Both the position numbers and the translations under genes were made by a program. The notes below the pieces were generated by a model. It searched no databases. It saw nothing but the letters and a program-made list of their open reading frames with translations, and had not been told where the DNA came from. From Geosiphon pyriformis uo1 (lineage: Eukaryota; Fungi; Glomeromycota), in the NCBI GenBank assembly GCA_016748015.1, contig JAAOMT010000483.1, positions 1 through 64,000 on the forward strand: 64,000 nt of DNA. Reading direction: 5' to 3'. Shown in pieces: positions 53,146-64,000 of the stretch; positions within the stretch are counted from its first letter, which is position 1; each line of letters starts with the position of its first letter.

Positions 53146-54528
53146 TTAATTGGATGTGTTGTTGTCAATGATAATAATTGATTCCAGATCTTGTGGAATC
53201 TCATCTGATTGAACTAGTATTTCCTGTACTCCTAATTGTGGAATATTACTGGTAGATGATGATGCTGTATGGTGGTATGGTTTCAGTTGATCTCCATGTG
53301 CTGCTTTGGTCAAGATTTTGTTATTCAATCTTAATTTGTAAGCTCCATTTCCTAGAATTTTTTCTATGTGAAATGATCTGTCTCATTTGGGGTCAAATTT
53401 TCCACTCCATTGTTTTTCCGCTTTGGTACAATGTAGTAGTATTTTGTCTCTAATCCTGAATTCAACTGGTTTATCTGGTAGTTGGTTATCATGTCTTTTT
53501 TTTTGTTTCTTTTGTGACTTTTGTATGTTATCAGCTGCTTTTTGTTATTTGTTTTCTAATGTTTCCATTAAATCACATGTTTTTCTCAACAATGTGTTTT
53601 TGAAATTTTCTTCTGTTATTGGTTCAGTTGGGTATGTGTTGACTTCTATTTCCACTGGTAGTGTTGCTGTTCTACCATATACTAATTCAAATAGTATTGC
53701 TTGTGTAATATCTTGCTTCATTGTCTGATAAGCAAATAGTACTGATAGTATCAACAAATCCCAATCATTTTGGTTTTTTTGGCTGAGTTTAGCTATTGCT
53801 TCACACAATGTTCTATTGAATCTTTCGACTAATCTGTTGGTTTGTGGATGGTATGGTGATGATAGTGGTTTCTTAATTCCGAATTTTTGGCTCAATTCTG
53901 TTAATGTTCTGTTTACAAAATGAGTTTCTTGGTCTGATAATAATTCCTTTGGACATCCATGTCAACAAATTAACTCTTAATGAACAAATTCGGCAATGGA
54001 TTCTACATCCGTTTTTTGAATTGCTTTCGCCTCTGGCCATTTAGTGAGATAGTTCATGGCTACTGCTATGTATCTGTTTTCTCTACTGGTGATTGTTAAT
54101 AGTCTGACTAAATCAATTCCAATACAGTCGAATGGTTGTTCTACTTTAATTGGTCTTAATGGTTCACTGGGTTTCATACCTCCTCTTCACTGATAAGCAT
54201 CACAATTTTGAACATATTGAATGATGTCTGGATATATTGATGGCCAATAGTATTTTTTTCTGGTTCTTTCCATGGTTGCTTCTTTGTGAAAGTGTCCTGC
54301 TGTTGGATTTGAGTGTATGTTGAATAATGTTGTCTCTTTTTTTGGCTCTGTAATTACTTTGGTTGGTTGCTCTAAATTTTTTCTATTTTTCTGATACAGT
54401 ATATTTTTGTGAGTAATAAAATATTTTGATTGTTGTTTGATACTCTTTCATTCTGTTTGAGATAAATTCTCCTTGAACTGTTGAGTGTTTATATAATGTT
54501 GAAGTTGTTGATATTTTTGTATATTCAT
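53146..54528 (-). pseudogene. Integrase cistron of A2
   Basis: ATG 54528; GIDLV, SPYHPQTNRLVERFN; ends IIIIDNNTSN*. Confidence 0.9.
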
Positions 54529-54589
54529 CTTTTGTTATATTTTTGTTGGTATTGTTCTGGTTTTGTTATATTTTTGGGTTAAAATGTTT

Positions 54590-57500
54590 TTAGATTTGTC
54601 TCATTCACGACAAACCATCAGCATTTTCATTGTTTTTTCCTTTTTTATAATGTATAATATAATTATATGGTGTGAGTGCTATTTTCCATCTTGACTGTCT
54701 TCTATCTCCAAATTCTTGTTTTTGAAGTAATGTTAGTCCTTTGTGATCTGTGTATACTTCAAACTTCTGGCTCAAGTATTCTTTCCATTTTATGACTGCC
54801 CAGTATATTGCTAAGTGTTCTTATTTTGGTGTTCCATAGTTCTTTTCAGCTGGTGTTAAACCTCTGCTGGCATATGCTACTGGATGTTTCCTGCCATCTG
54901 GTTCTTTCTGAAATAATACTGCTCTCAATGCTTGGCCAGATACATCAATAGTGATGATGAATAGTTTGCTGTGATCTGGATAGATCAGTACTGGAGCTTA
55001 AATGAGCTTTCTTTTCAGAATATCAAAAGCTTCTTGTTGATTTTCTGTCCATTCATATTTTGTATTCTTGGTTTGCAGTTGGTTGAGTGGCTGCACTATC
55101 TTGGAAAAGTTCTTGATAAAACACCGATAGTAGCTGGCGAATCCCAAGAATAATTTCAGTTCTGTCATATTGGCCAGTACTGGAGAGTTCTTTACTATCT
55201 CTATTTTCTCTGGATCTGTTTTAATGCCATTTTTGCTGACTATGTGTTCCAAGAATTTTAGTTCTGTCTTGCCGAAAAAACACTTTGTTGCATTTAACTT
55301 TAGTCCTATTCTTCTTAGTCTTTCGAACACTTATTGAAGATAATGAAAATAATCATCAAATGTTTTTGAGAATACATTGGTGTTGTTCAAGTATACAACT
55401 ACTGATTTCCACAATAAGCCAGTATAAACAATTTCCATTAGCTGTTGGAAAGTTGCTGGAGCATTGGTTAAGCCAAATAACATTACTTCAAATTCGAAAT
55501 TCCCTTCCCTTGTGGTGAATGCTGTTTTCTCTTTGTCGGCTGGATCCATGGCTACTTATTAGTAACCACTGTCCAGGTCTAATGTTGAAAACCATTTGTT
55601 TCCACCGAAAGTGTTGAATAATTCTTGGATCCGTGGAGTGGAGTAGCTATCTTCATGAGTTATTCCATTAAGTTTTCTATAATCTATACAAAAGCAAATT
55701 TTCCTATTCTTTTTCCAAACAAGTACCACTGGTGATAACCATGGGCTCATTGATAGCTGAATTAGCCTGTTGTCAAGCATTTGGTTTATCTCTTGACAGA
55801 TAATCTTGTGGCTAGCTGGTGGTACTCTGTATGCTCTTTGTTTAATTGGCATTGCATCTCCAGTTTTGATCTGATGCTAGATGATATCAGTTCAGCCAAA
55901 CTTGTTTTTGCTGGCAAAGATGTCATTGAAATTATTGAGCAACATCTTAAGTTGCATATATTGGAGTGGATCTAAGTTTCCCATGTTCATTTGTTCCAAC
56001 TGTTCTGGTTGGAGCAAATAACATTTGCTTTATCCATATATTGTTTGTGATGTAATATCGACATATTCACAAAGCTGTGAAAAGTCTGAAATGATGCTTA
56101 GTGGTTGATCTTTTATTTCTGTGGTCAAATATCTGATGATAGTTCCTTCTGGTATATTGACAACATTTTCAGTATTGTTGTAGATGGGAATTTTGATGTG
56201 GTTATAGTTCTTGGCTAGTATGTGGAGATTGATAAGTCCAACTTCTCTTGATTCACAATGACTTGCTTCTGCTTCAAAAATTTGTGCTTGGTCTTTTACT
56301 TTCCTCTCTATTGTTATCATGTACTGGTCATATGGTGGAATAGAAATTGCTTGACCAGTTGAGATAATTTCTCCTTGGCCAACAATTTCTTCTTTTGCTA
56401 TATTGACTGGCACATCTATTCTACTTGTTGATCCAAATCCCTGTATTCCTCTTACTGTTATTCCTAATTCCTCTCTCTTTCTCACTGATACTAACTGAGC
56501 TACTCTAACCAGAGGCAGGAATATTGCCTGTGCTATCTTTTCATTGGGCTCTATTATATAGGCCTTTTCTGAGTCATTTTGTAGCATAGTGATAATATTT
56601 CTTACATATCCCGCATCAATTATTCCTCCTCTTATATTAATCCCTCTTTTTGCTAAACTACTCCTAAATGCTAATTAAACCATTGTTGTTGTCAGAATTT
56701 CCAGTGCTATTTTCAAATCAAGCCAGATGTGTAAATGTGGTTTTAATTTGATGGCATCTTTTTCTAGATACCTCAAATCAAACTCTGCATTAGTATCATG
56801 CACTTGTTCTGGCATGATACTTTTGTCATTATCACTAAACCATTTAAGTTTTTGGTCTTTGGTGAGGTCAGAGAGTGTAATATATTGTTCAGGGTCTGAA
56901 TCGGAGTTTGAATCTGAGTTTATACTGTTGTTGTTGTCATTGCCATCTTGACCAGAGCTTGAACCATTGTTATCGTCATCATCATCAGAGTTTGAAGCAC
57001 AATTGATTGGCAATTCTGATTCTGATGCACAGCTGCTAATTGGTTCTTCTTCCTCTGGGATTATGTAGATCATATCACAATACTGGAAGTTACAGGGAAT
57101 TAGGCAGTGTTGACATAGTCGAGTATTCAATTGCTCTAACCATTGTTTTTGTTCTTTCCTTGTGAGTGCTAATTCTTAGTAGTGTTTGTGGAATTGTTCT
57201 GGATTTAGGAGATTTATAATAGGTTCTGCATCTTAGTTAAGCTCTAGAGGTTTTGGAGGGTTGTTTTTGATTGTTTTTATTTCCTCAGGTGACACTTCTT
57301 TGATTTTGGCAAGTGCCATTTGCCAAATTTTGTCATCATCATGTGGATAACCATCCAGGTGCTGAACAGCTCTTCTCCAGATGGCTTCGATGGGCATTCT
57401 TTTTTGTAATAAGAATCGTGTATCAGCATGACTTGTCACACGTTCCTCCTTTCCTAGGAATGTCATTCCACATTCCTTCATCAAGAAGAGTGTCTCCACA

Positions 57501-60500
57501 CACCAGGCAACATTCGCCATCCCACTTTTTTTTTTGTTTTGGTCATCCATCACATTTGATAACACATGGGCGACAATAATATTTGGTCACTGTGGACTAT
57601 TCTTCATCTTTGTTGTAACATGTGCCCATTGATGACAATTTTTTGCTGCAATTAATACACACTAGCTTGAGTCGATGGTATTGAGCTGGTGGTTGGTAGG
57701 CGTATGGGACATAAGTTGATTTGTTGGCTAGTGTCGGCTCTTCTTCTTGTTCCTTCTCTTTTCTTTTTTCTTCCCTACTTCATTTAGTGGTTGGTTTGCT
57801 CTGGCTGTTGTCACTCCATGCTTCTAGGTTTGGTTCCTAGGCAAGTTTTTTTTCTTTCTTCTTCTTTTCCTTGTCATCTTATGAGAGTATGGGTGGTAGT
57901 TCATTGTGGTTGATGTCAGCCCAGGAGACTTGGTAAGCTTCCCAGATAGGTTTCTTTTTTTTCTCTTCCAGTTCAATCAATAGTTTCTCTCTTGGAGGAG
58001 TCTTGAAGTGGCCACACATAGCCAGTATATGTATGTGTTGGCCCTAATATGTTAGCTGGAGTTCCTGAGTGTTTCAGTCTAACATCGCATTGACTTGAAA
58101 TAGCCAGTTATTACCAATAAGAGCTTGGTATTGGGTGGTTTCCATCACTAAAACTTTAATGGAAGTCACAATGCCATTAATTTCGAAAGAAAAGTCATCG
58201 ATTTTGCTGATTGGAGTTTTGGTTGCTCCATCAGCAGTGATAATTCTAGCACTAGCAGCTCAGTCAACTCAGCAACCTAATTGATTTATGAATTGTCATG
58301 TAATGATGCTGCCTGCTAAACTGCTGTCAAGAATCAATTTGATGAATTGTCCCTCAACTTTGGCATCAGTGTACATCGCAATGATCAGTTTGGCTTTAAG
58401 AGTGGCTCCACTAAATAACAGCATTGCAGTTGTTTCCTTGAATTCAAATGGGAAGATAGCAGCCAAAAACTCGTTTTCAGTGATGGTAGCAGATGGGATA
58501 TTACTGATGAGTGGTTGTTTTTGGGCGAATGCCAGGTTATTAGCTGAGGCGTCTTCTGGGATAACCAGAAAACTTAAATAGTTCTGGAAATTCAGGTTCT
58601 GGAGTTGACTGGTACTTGAATTCTGCTGACATAATTCAGATGGTTGCTGTGAAGAACTGAGGATCAATTGATGGACCACTATTGCTGATCTCGAGCTCTG
58701 TTGAGTCATTCTTGGTCTTTGTGTTCTGTTGGGTGGTAAGTTTTGGGACAGTGTTTGAATTTGTTGGGGTTGATATATTATTTGTGGCTGCGGTTGTTGA
58801 TAAATTACTTGTGGCTGTGGTTAATAAATTGGAGCTTGATATACTGGTGGTTGATACATTGATTGCTGCATTATTGGTGCATAATAAGATAAGTGTTGGT
58901 ATTGTTCTTGATTTTGCTGGGAACTCAGAACTGGGAACCAGTGATTAGGGTTTTGATATTGATTTTCCGATTGTTGGTTATTTAAATGTTGGTGGCAATT
59001 AATTTGTATGTGTCTTTGTTTATCACAATAGTGGCAAACACATGTTTCTTGTTGCCACTGTTGATTGACTGGAAATGATGGACGTGGCTGATTTTGAACA
59101 TGATTGGAGTTTCCCTGATTGTTGCATTATTGTGGCAGTTGATAGATTGCTTGGTTGTCAGCTAAGTACCCCTCTAATTTTTGATTGATGGAATTACTGA
59201 ATTGTTTCAATTTAGAATCCAATTCAAATGATCCATTCATTACTAGATTAATGGCTTGGGCATGGTTAGCTTTGAGTTCAGCTGCTTTAAAATCTCTGGC
59301 ATTAGTGATGGCTGCTTGTAAATCTGCTGGGTGTAGTAAATATATGCACTGGAGAATACTACTGTGTAAGCCTTTGATAAATTGATTCAAAATTTGGGCC
59401 ACTGTAAAATAATCAGCATTAATAGCTTGGATCTGGCACAGGCATCTATGGAATTGTTCTAAGTACATGGTAATGGCTTCAGTGTCCTCTTGTTTAATAA
59501 TAATGAAAGTATTTACCAAATGGTTAATACTGTTATTATTACTGAAGTATCTTAAGAACTTCTGCTTAAATGTGTCAAATGTTTGAAGTTTTGTGGCTAA
59601 GCTTTGATATCATGAATTCACGGTATCTTGGAGGAAATATGGAATTGTCTGAAGAGTTTTGTCATCATTCCAATTGTTTGCCGTGATTGCTTTGGTGACG
59701 TCATTCAACCAAGCTTGAGCATCATTCTTTTCACTGGTGAATTTTTCTAATTTGGTGATTGGTACATAGGTCATCAGTACTATAGGTTGCTGGGACTGTG
59801 GGGGCAGCTGTTGCTAAAGTTGTTGAAGAGATAACGATTATTGGGATGGTACTTAAGGTGGTTGAATTGGCTCACCAATCAGCTCAATTGGTGGTTGATC
59901 AATGACAATAACTGAAGGTAGATTTTGCTGATAAATTAAATCAGGGTTTTGATTTCTTTGATTTGGCAGGGTGTGAATATTCGGAGTTTTGATTCCCAAA
60001 TTTTCTAGATTTAGATTTTGCTGAGTTTGAAGATTCGGAGTTTCAACTTCCGGGTTTTCAGTAATTGGATGCTGGTAAGTGAATTCTTGATCCTCTGATT
60101 CTTTTTCCTCTCTTTCTGATTTCATTACTTCCCATGGATCAGAAATTCCGAAATCTGGTGGAGGCAGTGGTGATCAAAGTCCTAATAGAGTTGATGATCA
60201 TGAATTAAATCCCTCAAAGTATTTGCCATATGGTTCTAATAATTCTGTTTTTTTTTATCTACTTTGAAATAGGAATCGTCCAAATGCTGATGTCGTAGTT
60301 GATGGGAATGCGTCTATTGATAATATATTGATGGTGCTTCTGGGTGTATAGTGGTAGGATGGGTTGCTTGGGGATTCAATTCTGTTTTTTTTCTAAGTAG
60401 GTGGTTGTATTTTTCTGGGTGTTACTGCTGGTATTTGTAGTTTTCCTTTGTCTTTACTAGCATATGTAATTGGATATCTTTGTTGGGTGTGATGTTCAAT

Positions 60501-60770
60501 TTCTTTGTTGATCTCAGTGATGATAGATGCGAAATTATGATTTGTTGGTAGGTTGGTGTTTTGAATTAATTCCCTATAGAAAGTTTCCCTTGCTGATTCA
60601 GTATTTACTGGTGTTCCTAACAAAAAAAAAATTTTTTTGTTAATGTAGAAATTGAAGGCTGATTCAGTGGATATATGATTGTGGTTTAATCCCAAGTATT
60701 GACAATAGTATTGAAATAAGAACTTTGCAAATCCTAAATGGTTTGCTCCTATATTTTCTGATTCTGCCAC
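54590..60770 (-). pseudogene. gag-PR-Cys-rich-dUTPase-RT-RH polyprotein of A2
   Basis: ORF fragments 60770, 60125, 59519, 58709 in one frame; PR LILDSSLAGS; RT KTAFTT...FGLTNAPATFQ. Confidence 0.9.
56420..56840 (-). pseudogene. dUTPase domain of A2 (all five motifs)
   Basis: AEFDLRY, RSSL, GGIIDAGYV, KIAQAIF, RGIQGFGST. Confidence 0.9.
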
Positions 60771-60813
60771 TTTTGGATGGTGTTTGTTGGTGCAGGTTTT
60801 CTGTAGGATTAAA

Positions 60814-60830
60814 CCTCACAGAGAGCACCA
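60814..60830 (-). promoter_or_regulatory. Primer-binding site of A2 (TGGTGCTCTCTGTGAGG)
   Basis: 2 nt inside the 5' LTR. Confidence 0.9.
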
Positions 60831-60832
60831 AA

Positions 60833-61671
60833 TGTTACAGATGATTATTTTTGCTGTGGAATTAAATAACAAACTCGTAACTTGGTGCTCAAAAGCTATC
60901 TTAATTTTTATTGAGGTTGGTATTAGTAATCTGAAAGTTTGGATATCTGAAGGTTTTGATATCTGAAAGTTTTGAGTTGAGTTCTTTATATAATGGACAG
61001 AGATTCAATTGTAATTGTAATAGTCTTTGGAATTGCAATTCTATCCAATTTTTTTCTCAGTGTGGAGGCTGGATTTATTCTGGCAGTCGTGTCCTTCTGG
61101 TAAGCTATCCAATAATATATAAAATTCTACCCTTATTTCTGGGTCTTTTACCAGACTATCTGTGATGTCAATAACTCAGCACTTTTAATCCTTAATCAAT
61201 TAGTATAAAACAACAAAGCAAAGACAGAAAAGAAAAGAAAAGAAAGAAAGCAAATAATATGAAATAAAGCAAATAAGCCAAAGCGATTCTGATTCATATC
61301 CCATCAATAGCCATAATCAAAAACTATTGTTTCAGTATGGTTAAGTATCAGTTACTATCAACATAAAGTGTTGATAGTGAAAAAGGAATTTAATATAGTG
61401 AATAATTATTTTATTTGAGGATTGTAATAACTAAGCTAAAAATTATTGGTGTCTATCCTGTTTTTTCTGCTTTTAACACTTCCTTGCAACAGAAATCTTA
61501 GAATTCCTGGAATCCTGCAATTCCTTGTTAGAGAATTCTGAAATTCCTGGAATCCTGCAATTCCTCTGAAAGAAATCTTGGAATTCCACATTTACTATGT
61601 CTATATCCCATTAGCTAATATCTACTGACTAATAATAATAATACTATATTTCCTATATTCTATAAGTAATA
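60833..61671 (-). repeat. 5' LTR of A2 (839 bp, TATA deleted)
   Basis: Direct repeat of 51530-52449 with two deletions. Confidence 0.92.
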
Positions 61672-61675
61672 GCGA

Positions 61676-62244
61676 ATTGAATAAGTATGGATTCAATGTG
61701 CGAGATCAGTCTCATAAAATATCTCAGTTGCTATACTTTTCAAAGATAACTGGAAGAATCTAAAAGTAGAGAAATAGTCTGTACTGTCAACAAATAATCA
61801 CACTTGGTACAATTCTATGCTTCACATTAACACTCTTAGAATTCAATATCAAGTATCAGATGTGCTCTTTAGTCATATTTTATTCAATAATCTCCAAATG
61901 TTGCAATTACACATTTCAAAAAAAGGGTAAAAATTAACCAACAAGTAATTTTTTATCTTTAAGATATTTAGATACTTGAAAGTAGGAAAAAGGAAATTAG
62001 CAATAAGAAAATGATTGAGATGAAAGTTGTTATTTTATTTATTCTTGATTATTTGGAACATGCTTTTCTACAGCTAAAAGATTCATCACTTATATAGCTG
62101 TCAAAAGTGGTCAATGATCAAGTCAATGGTCAGGTCATTGATCAGGTCAATAATCACTTACTAAAAATAGAGTGGCTAATTTATGTGACATCAGTGGCTA
62201 ATACATGTAATAATTAATAAGAAGTATAAGTTTCAATCATAACA
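61676..62244 (-). repeat. Distal part of the 5' LTR of C
   Basis: Matches 33452-34044. Confidence 0.92.
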
Positions 62245-64000
62245 CTATAATACTCCTAATTTTTATGAATAACACCAGCTTATTATTTTTCAAGACTCTA
62301 ATATTAAAACAATTATTATTAATTTGCTCTACAGCCAATTTAATAACAGTTTTAACAACTATTAATCATTCAACAATATCAAGTATTTGCAACTAATAAC
62401 AATAAAATTAATACTAACAACTAATTAATTCTCCAAAACAATTCACAATAAAAACTTACATATTACCATATTTAATTTAGTTACCTAAAAATATTAGAAA
62501 AATCAGATTTTTAATAATCTGCACTTTTTGAAGATAAAATTATAACATTAAGACAAAACTCTTTTAGCAATACAATTTTACTACCAAAGATTATCAAAAA
62601 TACCAATTTTTTTAATATTTTTTCTATTAAATTTGAAACAAATAAATCACTATTCTTGTTTAGCAATACAGTAGTCACAGAATAAAAAGCAATTACAGCC
62701 ATGTATACAAAAACTAAGATAAAAAAAACAAATTTATTTAATTTTAGATAATAAATTAGTAAAAAGCATTATTATTTATCAGTTAATATAACAACTTTAA
62801 TGAAATATTGACAAACTAGCTAGTTATTGTTATAGCCAATAACATGAAAAAAAACATCAATGCAAAAATTTAACAATTTTTATTCACAATTGACAAAATT
62901 ATTATTCCAGTTAAAGTATTAGTTATAGATATATCTTAATATTAAGTCTTGGTTAAAAATGATTGACTTCTTAAAACCAATGCAAACTTAGATTGAAAAA
63001 TCCAGAAATTAAAAATTTTATACCAAAAACAAAATACTAAATTACTTATTACTTATAATATATTTAACAAATAATTAAAAAAAGTCTCTGTGTTCGAATT
63101 TGAAGAAAAAAAAACCACCTACTAAAACTTACATAGTTTTTAAATTAACATTTAATTAAGCTGAAAAAACTAAACAATTATTTGAAATATTTGCATCACA
63201 ACTAATATTATTATGATTTAAAAAAATTAACAAATAATTTATTTTTACAACTAATTAATTAATAATTGATATGTTTTATATTTAAAACCAAAATTTAAAA
63301 AACAACTATTTTATATTCTATTTAAATATAAAGATTACAACAAAAAACTTTTATTTTTAAAAGCTTGCATATTTCTAAAAGAAAAATATGAAACTTATAT
63401 TTACTATTATTGCAAAGTCTGTTACCAAAAATAATTTGACAGTCCAAAACAAAATAAAAAATAAGACAACACACTTTGTTTTACATGTGGAGAATTACTG
63501 CCAAAAAAATACAACTGAATTAATGTTGTAATAAAAAAAAGTATATAATTAGATCTGTTAATATGTTTTATTAATTGTTAAAAAAATTAAGAAAAAAATA
63601 TTATTCAATATAGTATATAATAATGTTCTTAATAAACTAGATTATTATTTTTATAATACTAAAATAATTTATAATCTAATCATAATTTTAATTAATAAAA
63701 AAACCCAAAAAGATGTTTGCCAAATAAAAAAAGCTGAATATATTAAATATACTTTTAAAATTGCTAAATACAATTATAAAAATAAAATAAAAGTATATTA
63801 CTAAATTGTCAATTATATTTACTTTTCTAAAGAACTCAAATTTAGTAGTTAGAACAAATAAATATTTAATTATATAAAGAATACATCATGTTTTATGACA
63901 ACCAATAATATCCAGAATGTTATGCTTTTAACATATTATTATTTACAAAGAATAATAAATATTAAATCAAATTTAGAGAATTTAAATTAGAAAAAAAATT

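Larger units (their letters stand above)
51530..61671 (-). mobile_element. Element A2: full-length dUTPase-bearing Ty3/Gypsy inserted in the 5' LTR of C; TSD GCAA/GCGA
   Basis: LTRs 51530-52449 and 60833-61671; PBS 60814-60830; PPT 52450-52464. The flanks rejoin to the C LTR sequence seen at 33441-33460. Confidence 0.95.
33356..62244 (-). mobile_element. Element C: full-length Ty3/Gypsy without dUTPase, host to B and A2; TSD CTAT
   Basis: 3' LTR 33356-34044; 5' LTR 51434-51529 plus 61676-62244; CTAT at 33352-33355 and 62245-62248; PBS 51411-51427; PPT 34045-34060. Confidence 0.92.
32545..62274 (-). mobile_element. Solo LTR H (32545-33355 plus 62249-62274), split by element C
   Basis: A/B-family LTR sequence, TGTTA...AATAACA termini, flanked by TCAG (32541-32544) and CCAG (62275-62278). 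No internal domain. Confidence 0.8.
30001..64000 (+). mobile_element. Element D: decayed Ty3/Gypsy (5' LTR ~30001-30961, PBS remnant, gag to 32544; resumes at 62279 with gag end, PR and Cys-rich domain to the window end)
   Basis: The LTR is the reverse complement of solo LTR E. TTTGGTGTTTTC follows the LTR. Gag YIAKI..FT and a knuckle at ~32420. Sequence is continuous across the TCAG/CCAG duplication. PR context ITAMYT at ~62695; DNTLCFTCGE at ~63470. Confidence 0.7.

Noticed and set aside
60814-60830. tRNA gene
   Set aside because: Only a 17-nt tRNA-complementary PBS; no cloverleaf.
63420-63440. TGTTACC as the start of another LTR
   Set aside because: It reads as coding YCKVCYQK within D's Cys-rich domain, which continues on both sides.

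Overview
Very AT-rich eukaryotic nuclear DNA, most likely fungal. The transposon proteins and the intron-rich ATP1 point to an early-diverging fungus such as Glomeromycota/Geosiphon (inference). There is one host gene, ATP1 (mitochondrial F1 ATP synthase alpha; 7 exons, 26276-28503, first intron GC-AG), sitting as an island among decayed retroelements. Left of it are three truncated Ty3/Gypsy elements (828-16576) and a degenerate LINE-type element with APE, RT and RNase H (about 18.5-24.7 kb). Right of it is a nest of LTR elements up to six levels deep (G > D > solo LTR H > C > B > solo LTR E, plus A2 inside C's 5' LTR). Five of the insertions are resolved by 4-bp target-site duplications. The most notable signal is an architecture shared by three LTR families: gag-PR-Cys-rich-(dUTPase)-RT-RH ends in a stop, integrase is a separate cistron, and a third ~220-aa ORF ends in [LY][DN]FxGAQ at the PPT. 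The elements also share a tRNA-Ile(UAU)-like PBS, and families A/B/F carry a structured R-region with a palindromic UGAUCA loop. All repeats show almost pure C>T/G>A hypermutation. Element names A1, A2, B-H and Z are my own labels.
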